A DNA stretch of 64,000 nucleotides from Escherichia phage Killian, in the sequence record OQ446694.1. One strand, 5' to 3'. The notes beneath the pieces are model-generated. The model was not told the DNA's origin. It ran no database searches and saw nothing but the letters and a program-made list of their open reading frames with translations. How positions within the stretch are numbered: position 1 is the first letter of the stretch; every line of letters starts with the position of its first letter. Below, in pieces: positions 10,208 to 19,468 of the stretch. A program made the position numbers and the translations under genes.

Positions 10208-10423
10208 TTAATCGTCGCAGTCGACGATTAATTCCCAGAACTCTTCTACAGTATAAGTTTCAGTATCATTTTCAATACAGAAACGTTCATTACTGTTATT
10301 TGCTAAAGTAGCGTTAACTGTCATTTTCTCGCTAGTGCTTTTAAGAGGTGAAATACGAATTAACTGATCACCATTATCTAAACAGAAAATTTCACCGACC
10401 TTTACATCTTTAAAAATTTTCAT
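10208..10423 (-). CDS. Hypothetical protein (71 aa)
   Basis: ORF track, ATG start; ndd.x-type ORF. Confidence 0.5.
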   Translation of the reverse strand: MKIFKDVKVGEIFCLDNGDQLIRISPLKSTSEKMTVNATLANNSNERFCIENDTETYTVEEFWELIVDCDD

Positions 10424-10431
10424 AATTCACC

Positions 10432-10542
10432 TCAAGGAGTATAAAATCCAAACGCAGTTGTTGACCATCCCATCCAGTATGGGAAATTTGCACCAATGTA
10501 AAACATAAGAATATAAAACCAACCACTCAGCAAATTCATCAT
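10432..10542 (-). CDS. Hydrophobic micro-protein (36 aa)
   Basis: Hand translation MMNLLSGWFYILMFYIGANFPYWMGW...; overlaps neighbouring stop codon. Confidence 0.35.
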   Translation of the reverse strand: MMNLLSGWFYILMFYIGANFPYWMGWSTTAFGFYTP

Positions 10543-10736
10543 TTTACACCATTCCAAATTGTTTCAACCACAGATTTTAAGCCATTTTGATGAATGTCCA
10601 TTCCGACAACCGCCATCAAATAGATTCCAACCACAACTGAACCCAAGGCGAAAATCAGCATGAAAATGAATAAAGCTGGAAAAATATTATCGAAAAACCA
10701 TTCCATAAATGTAAAAGCACTACGTTTACGCTTCAT
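10539..10736 (-). CDS. Small membrane protein (65 aa from ATG with SD GAGGA)
   Basis: ORF track 10539..10757 trimmed to the internal ATG with SD; hydrophobic core FPALFIFMLIFALGSVVVGIYLMAVVG. Confidence 0.45.
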   Translation of the reverse strand: MKRKRSAFTFMEWFFDNIFPALFIFMLIFALGSVVVGIYLMAVVGMDIHQNGLKSVVETIWNGVK

Positions 10737-10743
10737 ATTTTCC

Positions 10744-10857
10744 TCACATAAATCCAAAGTAAGCGTTTAATACATCAATCATTAAAACGATTGGGAATAT
10801 ACTCAAAACTACTAGTATTATAACTACATTCCATATAGCTTTAACAATCTTTTTCAT
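10744..10857 (-). CDS. Hydrophobic micro-protein (37 aa)
   Basis: ORF track 10744..10992 trimmed: the upstream part contains a promoter; ATG at 10857 has SD GGAGG; MKKIVKAIWNVVIILVVLSIFPIVLMIDVL... Confidence 0.4.
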   Translation of the reverse strand: MKKIVKAIWNVVIILVVLSIFPIVLMIDVLNAYFGFM

Positions 10858-10885
10858 TTTCTGTTCCTCCGTAGTTGATAGGGTA

Positions 10886-10917
10886 ATAATACCACAGAAG
10901 AACAGTCTTGTAAACAA
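10886..10917 (-). promoter_or_regulatory. Early sigma70-type promoter
   Basis: Minus strand GTTTAC-18 nt-TGgTATTAT. Confidence 0.5.
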
Positions 10918-11182
10918 CTTTTTTAAAAATATTCGTAATAAATGTGAATACCAATCACTACTGCCGAAACTTGCGCAACCCACCACGCACACGCAATAAG
11001 TACAGAATTCAAAATTTTCATAATAACCTCATTACAAAAGTAAATGTTAAACAAATTAATGGAATACTAATTAACCAAACAAAACACCACCATAATGAAC
11101 TCATAGTTCAATCTCAGCGATTTTCATTTCATTACTATTAATAGCCGCTTTAAGACTATCTGAAAGAATTACATTCCAGTGG

Positions 11183-11365
11183 TCATTCATATGGACCATT
11201 AACTAAGCGTGTAATTTCTTCGGGAGTTGAAAAATAAGGCGTATCAGACTCCCAGTGCGATAGTCCCAAGCGAGTATAAATCATACCTTCATCATCGCTA
11301 GAATATTCAACTGACACAAACTCATCAGTTATTTTATGTTTAGCGTAATAAAATTTAAATTTCAT
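11183..11365 (-). CDS. Hypothetical protein (60 aa)
   Basis: ORF track trimmed from TTG to the first ATG. Confidence 0.4.
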   Translation of the reverse strand: MKFKFYYAKHKITDEFVSVEYSSDDEGMIYTRLGLSHWESDTPYFSTPEEITRLVNGPYE

Positions 11366-11370
11366 TTTAC

Positions 11371-11577
11371 TCAATAATCCGCTAAAAGATCGACAATTGC
11401 ATCACGAAGACACTTATTCGCAATACGTTTAAGAGCAATTTCAGTTTCTGGAGCATTTTGAATAATCATTGAATTCAATTCAGCCTCAGCAAACTGAAGT
11501 TCTTTAACTAATTCAGCTTTATATTTTCCTTGCCCTTTCTTAGCTTTTGCTCGTTTTAATTCAGCTGTAGTAAACAT
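11371..11577 (-). CDS. Hypothetical protein (68 aa)
   Basis: ORF track trimmed from TTG to ATG with SD GGAG; MFTTAELKRAKAKKGQGKYKAEL... Confidence 0.5.
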   Translation of the reverse strand: MFTTAELKRAKAKKGQGKYKAELVKELQFAEAELNSMIIQNAPETEIALKRIANKCLRDAIVDLLADY

Positions 11578-11611
11578 TTTATTCTCCAAATCCGTATCAG
11601 TTGATAGTTGT

Positions 11612-11641
11612 ATAGTACCACAGTCCTTGTGGTATGTAAAC
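11612..11641 (-). promoter_or_regulatory. Early sigma70-type promoter with conserved leader
   Basis: Minus strand GTTTAC-18 nt-TGgTACTAT; followed by a 47-bp leader identical to 38765-38811. Confidence 0.55.
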
Positions 11642-11658
11642 TGTTTTGTGAAAATTTT

Positions 11659-12216
11659 TTAAATGGAAAGATACCATCCGCTGTAGTTGCTTTTTCTTAC
11701 AACCTTACGAAGGTCTTCTCTATCACCGATGAACTTCGGAGTGTACTGGATGACACCTGGATGAATTTCTTTAGTGTTGAATATAATTATACAGTCAGCG
11801 ACTTGATGATTTAGAATGGGCCCTAGATTTATTCCAGAACCGTATGGATACTCTCCGCTGCATCCGGTTGTTACCGAAATCCAACGTGAGTCAGTTTGAT
11901 GTGTTTTGACTTCTACACGAAGCCCGCAGTATTTTGGATGCGCCAGTACATCCCACGCATATGTATACGGGTCATTAACATCCTCTTGGCCTTTGTTAAC
12001 ATACCCGCTTAGCCAATCTGCTACAAAAAACTCTGCGTACACCGCGATACGGCATCTTTCGATAACTTCTGCTTTATCCTGATTAGGATTTTGTTTTAAA
12101 GAGTATCTTGCTGTATCAGCAATTTTGACCTTCATTTCACTAGTCAAATCATTGTTCGATAGGGTAAATGTCGGAATCTGAAATAGTCTCTGTAAACCCG
12201 GATTCGTTTTCTGCAT
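11659..12216 (-). CDS. denB: Endonuclease IV DenB (185 aa)
   Basis: 185 aa; position between ndd cluster and rIIB as in T4. Confidence 0.8.
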   Translation of the reverse strand: MQKTNPGLQRLFQIPTFTLSNNDLTSEMKVKIADTARYSLKQNPNQDKAEVIERCRIAVYAEFFVADWLSGYVNKGQEDVNDPYTYAWDVLAHPKYCGLRVEVKTHQTDSRWISVTTGCSGEYPYGSGINLGPILNHQVADCIIIFNTKEIHPGVIQYTPKFIGDREDLRKVVRKSNYSGWYLSI

Positions 12217-12478
12217 TTAGACTTTCCTTTTTACCGCTGAGATAAGCGTTATATACTTTAAGAGTACCATAATAAATTCTGTCATTTTCATCTAAAGACT
12301 CACGGTCGAGTTCATCGAGTTCCTTTTTATCCATGACTATAACATCATTACAGTAAAGAAACCCAAGTTTTTCGTGACCAAACTCAAATTTATTGCAGTA
12401 CACAATATTAGCGTGATGATTTCCGTGTAGATTAATCTCTTTTATGTCGGAATCACCGATATTCATACAATAAATCAT
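12149..12478 (-). CDS. Hypothetical protein (109 aa), denB.1 position
   Basis: ORF track, ATG start; 3-prime end overlaps denB start by 68 nt. Confidence 0.5.
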   Translation of the reverse strand: MIYCMNIGDSDIKEINLHGNHHANIVYCNKFEFGHEKLGFLYCNDVIVMDKKELDELDRESLDENDRIYYGTLKVYNAYLSGKKESLNAENESGFTETISDSDIYPIEQ

Positions 12479-12495
12479 AATTTCCCTTAAAACAA

Positions 12496-12511
12496 AAGGG
12501 CCGAAGCCCTT
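12496..12511 (-). terminator. UUCG-tetraloop hairpin with U-rich tail
   Basis: aagggccgaagccctt; minus-strand RNA forms GGGC-UUCG-GCCC followed by UUGUUUU. Confidence 0.55.
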
Positions 12512-12514
12512 ATT

Positions 12515-12709
12515 TTATTTGAATTGTGCAATTCTTTTCTCTAAACAATCTGCGTAAGATTTCATTGAGATAAATTGTGAAAGCAACAGTTCTTGCTCAA
12601 CTTCATTAATCGTTAGAAACTTTGTGCTTTCTAAAAATTTGCTCAGTGCATTAATTTTGAGCATTAATTGATCGTATTCTTCTTTTACTCGTGCTTGATA
12701 ACCTAACAT
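12515..12709 (-). CDS. Hypothetical protein (64 aa)
   Basis: ORF track, ATG start with SD AAGGAAA. Confidence 0.5.
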   Translation of the reverse strand: MLGYQARVKEEYDQLMLKINALSKFLESTKFLTINEVEQELLLSQFISMKSYADCLEKRIAQFK

Positions 12710-12723
12710 AATTTTCCTTAGTT

Positions 12724-12739
12724 AAGGGCCGAAGCCCTT
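12724..12739 (-). other. UUCG-tetraloop RNA hairpin overlapping rIIB stop
   Basis: aagggccgaagccctt immediately upstream of the SD of the next gene; no U-tract. Confidence 0.5.
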
Positions 12740-13676
12740 ATTTGAATTGTTCAGTAACGTCTTCAACTACTTCGTATTGGCAGGTACGCATTTTAGCATC
12801 GTTGTAATCAATCGGAATTGATACTACATCGCGAGGATGTACTTTAACTTTTACAACTCGGCTGGTTGAACTGCCAAAGTGACGAATATAAGATTTAGAA
12901 CACACATGCAGACCACGAGAACAAGTTTGTGTATCATCGTCATTAACACGAGTACGTGGCATTTTAACTACTTTGCCAGGACTGTTATCAAAAGTATTTG
13001 AATGACAGTCAAAGTAATTACTGCGAACTACTTTCCAAGCATAGAAGTAACCGTCTTCTGTAATTTCAATATCGTTTGCTACCAAGAAATCAAAGAGTCG
13101 AGATACCGCTTTTTGGCTCGGGTTTTCCAACAGATTTTCCAAGAACGGAAAATAAAATTCAAAGTTTTCACCTTTTTCCATCGAATCGAGAATACGATCA
13201 ACTAAACCAGACCGCAATTCAATATTTTGATAGAACAAGCTTCCACCTTCAATTCGAACATCACCGGAAATATATTTTTCAACAGCGCGACGAACGTTAA
13301 TTTTTTGCGCTGCTTCTTCCAATTTATCTGCAACAAGCAGATTAAGAATTTCCTGGAAGTTTGAATGAGTATTAGGAGTTGCGTTATAAGTTACACCGTC
13401 AACAGTAATTGAAATGAATTTTTTAGATGCATTCCAAATAATGTCAGATTTAGCAACTGGAGCAATAGCTGCATCACTCTTAACTGTAACTGTAATGTCA
13501 CCGCTAATGGTAACTTTGGAGCGCTCAGCTTCTTCAGCATTTTTCAAAACACGACGGATTGTGTCCACCGATACACCTTGCCAATCAGCCAATTCCTGTT
13601 GGGTATAATTACCGCTTGAATGCAATTTAACAATTTCAGCTTGTTCGTTTTTGGTCAGGCATTTAATATTGTACAT
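12738..13676 (-). CDS. rIIB: rIIB protein (312 aa)
   Basis: 312 aa, MYNIKCLTKNEQAEIVKLHSSGNYTQQELADW...; adjacent to rIIA. Confidence 0.93.
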   Translation of the reverse strand: MYNIKCLTKNEQAEIVKLHSSGNYTQQELADWQGVSVDTIRRVLKNAEEAERSKVTISGDITVTVKSDAAIAPVAKSDIIWNASKKFISITVDGVTYNATPNTHSNFQEILNLLVADKLEEAAQKINVRRAVEKYISGDVRIEGGSLFYQNIELRSGLVDRILDSMEKGENFEFYFPFLENLLENPSQKAVSRLFDFLVANDIEITEDGYFYAWKVVRSNYFDCHSNTFDNSPGKVVKMPRTRVNDDDTQTCSRGLHVCSKSYIRHFGSSTSRVVKVKVHPRDVVSIPIDYNDAKMRTCQYEVVEDVTEQFK

Positions 13677-13687
13677 AATTTTCCTTA

Positions 13688-15865
13688 TTAGGCCGCAAGG
13701 GCCTTCATAGTTTTAGCGATTTGGGAAACTTCATCATCACTTAAAGAATTGCGATAACCGATGAAGTCGGAAACAATACGGAATTTCTTGGTAAACTCAG
13801 CAACCATTTTATCACTGTTTTTTGAAGCATTATTTGATAATACATCAAAAAGATTAGTTACCGTCCAGATGTCATGACCGATGGTATCTTTTCCACCGTT
13901 GAAATATACACCCTGTAATGAACTAACCATATTAGCGAGTCGTGTATATTCTTCGGAAACTTCATCTACACTGAAGTACTTCATCATAAAATCTAACTCA
14001 GGATACTTGATAATTTTATCAATATATCGTTTAGCTGAACTTGAATAACCTACATACTTATCATAATCTACATCATCAAAAGCATCTACATATAAATCAC
14101 GCAAAGTTTCAAAAATACATTGACACTGACCAAGTTCTTTTACCTTTTTCTGTAAAAGTGGACGAATAACATAAAATTCATTAATGCCAATAAGATTAGC
14201 CATACGAATCAAAATATTCGTAGATGGATGACAAAGCGATGTAGTACCATCCATAGAGAAAATATCAGAACGATGCATGTATGCTACATAACCAGTAATT
14301 TCATCTGCTTCTGACGTAAGTGTAAACAATTCCTCTTTTTCCCAGCGCCCGTCTTTAATTTCAAACTTAAATGCAGTAGCAGTTTTAGGACGAGGAGCTG
14401 TACTTTTTACTACCTTTGGAATATAACTTTTAACTAAAGCTTCAATTTCTGACAAATAATGAATGTTAACTTCATCACTTTCAAACATTGCCATAATATC
14501 AGGAAGCAAATCAATCTGCGATTCTACTTCCGGATTAATAAACAGAAGGCGTTCATTGTGATGAATATTCAAAGTGTTATTAAATTCACTATCATCTAAT
14601 GCACGTGCTAATCCACGGACAATATTAACACGATTTTTAATATTATCAATAACAATATTAATTTTTGTCGTATTAATACCAAACAGACGATAACTTGATG
14701 CAACAGCTGAAGTTTCATGACTTTGCTTAATGCGTTTTAGTCGAGGGTCAAGATTTACTTCATACACAACCCCTGCATTGCATAACTTACTGTCAGGTTC
14801 AAACATGCTCTGCATCTTTTTATATGACAGATTTTTAGTCGTGAATTTGACTGAATTGCTAATCATATAATCTCGAGCAGAATACCCCATCTTCATCAAT
14901 TCACGGTATGTATGACGAGGAGATGTAGATTCTTTAAATCGTTTTACATCTTCATTAAACGCTTTCTCACTGAGCTCTTTAACACGCTCAATAATATTTT
15001 TACGAGTACGATCATCTAGTGAAAGAGCTTCGCGTGATGGAGCAATATCAAGTGAACCCATTGGAAACTTAATGTAATTCACTTCATTGCGAATGCTTAA
15101 CCAGTTACGGTCTCTAATAACACCATCGATAGGATAAACAATACCGCCATAGATAGCGTACAATCCACCACGATCTGGCCAGTATCTTTCTGGATTTACA
15201 CCGTAATAGTCATCAAAATCCGGAAAATAATCAATTTCGCGGTCAAGACCATTAATGATAGCCAAATCTTTGAATGGTCGCATGATATAAGAAACTTCAT
15301 AAGCAAAGTTTCTAAAGTCTTTTTCTTCAACTGGAACTACGATTTCAATACCAGTTTTATCATCTGGATCCATTTCTTTTACGAATGTAGGTTTAATCTG
15401 CGGACCATCACCATCCATGTAAGCTACATAACCGCGAATTTCACCTTTATGATATGAAGTAATACTAAATGTATCAGTATAACTAAACGGAGATTTAGAA
15501 CCTAAACCAAATCCACCAATAAAATCGTTAGATTCAGCCTTAGATGAACTAAAGTATGAATTATACAACCCAGGAGAATTATCATCACCCTGAATATCAA
15601 AATCGCTCATACCTGGACCAAAATCTCGACAAACAAATCGCGGATCTAATCGTCCTGGAACTTGAATGATAAATTTTTCAGGATTTCCATTAAGAGCATG
15701 GGCATCAATCATGTTGGTAATCAATTCACGGACTACTGCGCGAATCTTGTTTGTATACAAATCAGATGACAGAATTTTAAATACTTTAGGAGATGCTGTG
15801 ATGCTAAATGCTTTTGATTTAGAACCATTGCCAAGAATTGTTTCTTTTTCAGTGGTGATAATCAT
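13688..15865 (-). CDS. rIIA: rIIA protein (725 aa)
   Basis: 725 aa, [20 protein letters not shown]...; GHKL-ATPase-like N-terminus; synteny. Confidence 0.93.
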   Translation of the reverse strand: MIITTEKETILGNGSKSKAFSITASPKVFKILSSDLYTNKIRAVVRELITNMIDAHALNGNPEKFIIQVPGRLDPRFVCRDFGPGMSDFDIQGDDNSPGLYNSYFSSSKAESNDFIGGFGLGSKSPFSYTDTFSITSYHKGEIRGYVAYMDGDGPQIKPTFVKEMDPDDKTGIEIVVPVEEKDFRNFAYEVSYIMRPFKDLAIINGLDREIDYFPDFDDYYGVNPERYWPDRGGLYAIYGGIVYPIDGVIRDRNWLSIRNEVNYIKFPMGSLDIAPSREALSLDDRTRKNIIERVKELSEKAFNEDVKRFKESTSPRHTYRELMKMGYSARDYMISNSVKFTTKNLSYKKMQSMFEPDSKLCNAGVVYEVNLDPRLKRIKQSHETSAVASSYRLFGINTTKINIVIDNIKNRVNIVRGLARALDDSEFNNTLNIHHNERLLFINPEVESQIDLLPDIMAMFESDEVNIHYLSEIEALVKSYIPKVVKSTAPRPKTATAFKFEIKDGRWEKEELFTLTSEADEITGYVAYMHRSDIFSMDGTTSLCHPSTNILIRMANLIGINEFYVIRPLLQKKVKELGQCQCIFETLRDLYVDAFDDVDYDKYVGYSSSAKRYIDKIIKYPELDFMMKYFSVDEVSEEYTRLANMVSSLQGVYFNGGKDTIGHDIWTVTNLFDVLSNNASKNSDKMVAEFTKKFRIVSDFIGYRNSLSDDEVSQIAKTMKALAA

Positions 15866-15875
15866 AATTTCCTCA

Positions 15876-16079
15876 TTAATTCATATTGCGTTTAATAACT
15901 TCAGCAACTTCTAGTAGTTCATCTTTAGTTGCGGTGTCGGATTGAATTTTATCTCTAATATCCTTAAAGCGGTTTTTAAACTCTTCGGCTTCTCCCATAT
16001 CGAAAAAGCGTTGAATGATTCTATATTCTCGATGAACTGCTTTATCAAAAAGTTCTAAATTTACTCTGTATGATTTCAT
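15876..16079 (-). CDS. Hypothetical protein (67 aa), rIIA.1 position
   Basis: ORF track, ATG start. Confidence 0.55.
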   Translation of the reverse strand: MKSYRVNLELFDKAVHREYRIIQRFFDMGEAEEFKNRFKDIRDKIQSDTATKDELLEVAEVIKRNMN

Positions 16080-16104
16080 TTCAATGTCCTCATTTGCCCA
16101 ATTA

Positions 16105-16134
16105 ATTATACCACATCCTTGTGGTAAAGTAAAC
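16105..16134 (-). promoter_or_regulatory. Early sigma70-type promoter (near-consensus)
   Basis: Minus strand GTTTAC-18 nt-TGgTATAAT; the -35 overlaps the gene 39 stop codon. Confidence 0.6.
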
Positions 16135-17951
16135 TACTGGCTCATCCATTCTTTACGAAGATCAGCATTATCTCCCATAAGCATTTCAAAAAGATCTTTC
16201 CAGTTCTCAGGAAGTTTAACAACGTCATAAACTGGGTTCTGAATCATTTCACGGTATTCAGATTTTTCCAAAGAGCCAAGTCCCTTAATATAACGGATGC
16301 TATGTTTAGGTAGAGCATCTTTGGCACTCTCATATTCAGCGACTGTATAAAACCATTCTTGTTTTTTACCGACCTGAGCGATGATTACAGGAGTTTTAAC
16401 AAAACGAATTCTTCCTTGTTCAAACAGTTCTGGCCAATTACTAAAAAATCCGAGCAGAGAAGGATAAATACTTCCTAGACCATCATGGTCGGCATCGGTC
16501 ATAATTGCAATATTATGATAATTCAAGTTTTCGGCTTTTTCACCAAGAACTAATCCAGTGATTGCGCAAATATCAAACAGTTCTTTGTTTTTAAGCATAT
16601 CAGCATAAGACATACCCCAACTGTTGAGAACTTTACCGCGCAATGGATAACCGCCATGAAGTTCTTTATCACGAACATCAATAAGATATCCGATAGCAGA
16701 ATCGCCCTCAGTCAAGAAAAGAGTAGTATCAGCATCTTTACCACAAAGATTCGCTTTGATATGTTTATGAACCTTAGCTTTAGAGGCCTTTTTAGCTGCT
16801 TTAGTTTCTGCTGCCTTTTCTGCCGCCAATTTACGAGCCAAGGCAGCTTCAATAATTGGCATTAAAATTGCTTCATTATTTAAAATAGCACGTGAAATCT
16901 TTTTAGCATCAAGCTGAATATGACTACGGATTTCACCAAATGGAGAAGTCAGACGCTCTTTAGTTTGAGAGTCAAATCGCATGTTTTTCATATCACGAAC
17001 AAACATAACGATAGTCAAACATTCTTTAACACGTGCTTTAGTTACGTCAATTTTAAATTTACGTTTGATTTGTGGAATAAGGTCTTCACAAATATCATCC
17101 ATAACACAGTCAATGTGATGGCCACCATTCTTAGTATGAATGTTATTGACGTATGTTAATTGACGAAAACCATCGGGTGAACGACCAACCGCAATAGAAC
17201 AGTTTTCTTGTTCTTGAACGATAGCATGCTCATCATATTGGCGTGCGTATTTCTTAAAATTACCCTGAACCTTTTTACCATTAAAGGTAAATTGAATATC
17301 AGGATAAACTACTGCAAGTGTCTGGAGACGATCTAGTGTAATGTCAAGATAAACTTGAGATAGCTCATTAGTTTCAAATGACATAAAATCAGGAATGAAA
17401 GTAACACGTGTTCCTTTCCATTTTCCAGGAATATCTTCCCATGATTTATTTTCCATGCCATTTGAACAACGAACTACAATATTATTTTGACCGTCGCCAG
17501 TTTCACCGACAAACATCACAGAAAAAATGTTAGTTAAACTAGAACCAACACCGTTCATACCGCCAGTGACGCGTTCTTTGTCATCACCAAAGTTACCACC
17601 TGCTTTTGGAATAGTCCAGGCAGCAACAGGACCAGGAATTTCTTCACCAGTAGGTGTTTTAACCATCGCTTGTGGAATACCACGACCATTATCTTCAACT
17701 GTTACTTGGTTGTTTTTGATAGTAACATTAATTTTATTCGCGAATTTAAACTTAGTACGAATACCTTCATCTACTGAGTTATCGATAATTTCATCAATAA
17801 GCTTAACAAGACCAGGTACATACTGAACACTTTCCCATTTACCAAACAGAAAGCGCTCATGCATTTCATTAGCGGAAGAGCCAATGTACATGCCGCTACG
17901 CTTTTTGATATGTTCAATATCGCTCAGAATTTTAATTTCATTCTTAATCAT
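16134..17951 (-). CDS. 39: DNA topoisomerase II large subunit gp39, uninterrupted (605 aa)
   Basis: MIKNEIKILSDIEHIKKRSGMYIGS...; GyrB-like ATPase and TOPRIM regions in one ORF; ATG at 17951 with SD GAGGA (track start is GTG one codon upstream). Confidence 0.92.
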   Translation of the reverse strand: MIKNEIKILSDIEHIKKRSGMYIGSSANEMHERFLFGKWESVQYVPGLVKLIDEIIDNSVDEGIRTKFKFANKINVTIKNNQVTVEDNGRGIPQAMVKTPTGEEIPGPVAAWTIPKAGGNFGDDKERVTGGMNGVGSSLTNIFSVMFVGETGDGQNNIVVRCSNGMENKSWEDIPGKWKGTRVTFIPDFMSFETNELSQVYLDITLDRLQTLAVVYPDIQFTFNGKKVQGNFKKYARQYDEHAIVQEQENCSIAVGRSPDGFRQLTYVNNIHTKNGGHHIDCVMDDICEDLIPQIKRKFKIDVTKARVKECLTIVMFVRDMKNMRFDSQTKERLTSPFGEIRSHIQLDAKKISRAILNNEAILMPIIEAALARKLAAEKAAETKAAKKASKAKVHKHIKANLCGKDADTTLFLTEGDSAIGYLIDVRDKELHGGYPLRGKVLNSWGMSYADMLKNKELFDICAITGLVLGEKAENLNYHNIAIMTDADHDGLGSIYPSLLGFFSNWPELFEQGRIRFVKTPVIIAQVGKKQEWFYTVAEYESAKDALPKHSIRYIKGLGSLEKSEYREMIQNPVYDVVKLPENWKDLFEMLMGDNADLRKEWMSQ

Positions 17952-17978
17952 CACTTATCCTCGTTTGGTTTCGGGAAT

Positions 17979-18004
17979 ATTATACTCCGGTAATCATAAA
18001 GCTA
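17979..18004 (-). promoter_or_regulatory. Possible middle-type promoter (GCTT box plus TATAAT) upstream of gene 39
   Basis: Minus strand tAGCTTTA-12 nt-TATAAT, resembling a MotA-box promoter; inference only. Confidence 0.3.
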
Positions 18005-18021
18005 AAGGCCCGAAGGCCTTT
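18004..18021 (-). terminator. UUCG-tetraloop hairpin
   Basis: aaaggcccgaaggccttt; GGCC-UUCG-GGCC on the minus strand. Confidence 0.5.
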
Positions 18022-18281
18022 TATTTAAAACGGATAGTCGAATCCTTGAAGAATAGACCAGAACACACGGTTCCTTCTACTTTCTGCCCAGTAGGTCCAA
18101 TAGCACGAAATCCAGTATGTTGAAAATCATTTTCAGAGCAACCAAACCAGTTGTATCCAGTGATTTCAATATTAGTAAAACCACTTGAAGACAAAACTTT
18201 GGTTGCATTATCAGCATCAGTACATCCTGCTAAAGACACTGCTAATACTAATGCTGCGATAGAACGATTAATATATTTCAT
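18021..18281 (-). CDS. Lipoprotein (86 aa)
   Basis: Signal peptide with lipobox LAGC (MKYINRSIAALVLAVSLAGCTD...); ORF track trimmed from GTG to ATG. Confidence 0.55.
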   Translation of the reverse strand: MKYINRSIAALVLAVSLAGCTDADNATKVLSSSGFTNIEITGYNWFGCSENDFQHTGFRAIGPTGQKVEGTVCSGLFFKDSTIRFK

Positions 18282-18286
18282 AGTTT

Positions 18287-18658
18287 TCACTTAAATTTAA
18301 TGGCTTGAAGGAGACTAATAATTCTCAAGCGACTTCTTTCATCTTTAACTGTAAAAGAAAGAGGGTCACCAGATTTCATAGTGATGGTGCATCCAAAATC
18401 AAAATCTTCAGGAACTTCTTCGAAGAAGTCAAATTCTTCATCATAAATTAGAACATTACTCTGAAAACTGTGAAGAATTTTTCCATCATTTCCAGATGCT
18501 GTACTAATCATTGTAACATTATTACCTTTCATATCTTCAACGATAAATTCGCTTGTAGATATTACGGCATTAATAGAACCATTCCTATAAATAGCAGAAA
18601 ATAGATATTTCTTTTCTTCACCTTCGCGAATGCGATATTTCTTACCAATTTTAAACAT
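18287..18658 (-). CDS. Hypothetical protein (123 aa)
   Basis: ORF track, ATG start. Confidence 0.55.
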   Translation of the reverse strand: MFKIGKKYRIREGEEKKYLFSAIYRNGSINAVISTSEFIVEDMKGNNVTMISTASGNDGKILHSFQSNVLIYDEEFDFFEEVPEDFDFGCTITMKSGDPLSFTVKDERSRLRIISLLQAIKFK

Positions 18659-18660
18659 AA

Positions 18661-18837
18661 TTACCCTTTAAGTAAGTCGTAAAAACCACCATTCACATGC
18701 TTAGGAGCGGAAACTAACCGAATAGCAACCCGATGACAATCAGGACATACATCAGTATCCCTTTCAGAAATTTTCTTGATTTTTTCGTATTCTTTTTCGC
18801 AGTCTTTGGATTGACATTTATAATCATAAAGCGGCAT
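18661..18837 (-). CDS. Zinc-ribbon protein, FmdB-like (58 aa)
   Basis: Hand translation MPLYDYKCQSKDCEKEYE...CPDCH; two CxxC pairs. Confidence 0.45.
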   Translation of the reverse strand: MPLYDYKCQSKDCEKEYEKIKKISERDTDVCPDCHRVAIRLVSAPKHVNGGFYDLLKG

Positions 18838-18839
18838 AA

Positions 18840-19253
18840 TTATTCCTTAAAGTGAGCTTTCAACATCTGATACAATGACCATGCCTGTATATTATTTTCA
18901 ATAGTAATGTTCATAACCGGGAATTCAGATGGATCAGTTATTGTTGCAGATTCTTCCTGCTCTTCAGCTGCCTGGTATGGATTTTCAACTTCATTAAAGA
19001 ATTCAGCTTCATTCGATGAAAGCCAAATAAAATCTTCATCCAAAATATCTTTACCAGAAGATAGTACTAAATTTCCAGCAAATGACATAATTTTAATAGG
19101 ACGCCCAAGAGCATCCACATCTAAAATTTTAAAAGGATGCATACCTAAACGGCGTGCATAGATTCCGTTATCAGTATGGTCTTTAATAAAATTTTCTTGA
19201 GCTTGTTTATTTTTAAATTGATACCATTTATTAACTTCAAATTTAATAGCCAT
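18840..19253 (-). CDS. Hypothetical protein (137 aa), goF position
   Basis: ORF track, ATG start; synteny only. Confidence 0.5.
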   Translation of the reverse strand: MAIKFEVNKWYQFKNKQAQENFIKDHTDNGIYARRLGMHPFKILDVDALGRPIKIMSFAGNLVLSSGKDILDEDFIWLSSNEAEFFNEVENPYQAAEEQEESATITDPSEFPVMNITIENNIQAWSLYQMLKAHFKE

Positions 19254-19468
19254 TAATAAATTTCCTTCCAGTAAGTTGTACCATCTTCAGTGATTTCGCG
19301 AAATACACCGTAAATTGGTTGTTTATCCCCAACCTTTTCATACACATAAACCGAAGTCAAGTGAGTAAACTTAGCAGTGTGTTCCTTTTGAACTACTACC
19401 AAATCTGGATCGAATAACACATCTTCAAATTCGTCATTAGTGCAGTTCTGAACAATTTTACGTTTCAT
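19253..19468 (-). CDS. cef: Cef-like protein (71 aa)
   Basis: 71 aa and position between 39 and motB as for T4 cef; size and synteny only. Confidence 0.45.
   Translation of the reverse strand: MKRKIVQNCTNDEFEDVLFDPDLVVVQKEHTAKFTHLTSVYVYEKVGDKQPIYGVFREITEDGTTYWKEIY

Noticed and set aside
13681-13705. Possible hairpin aggccgcaagggcct at the rIIA/rIIB junction
   Set aside because: Stem is imperfect and overlaps the rIIA stop and rIIB SD; not convincing as a structured element.
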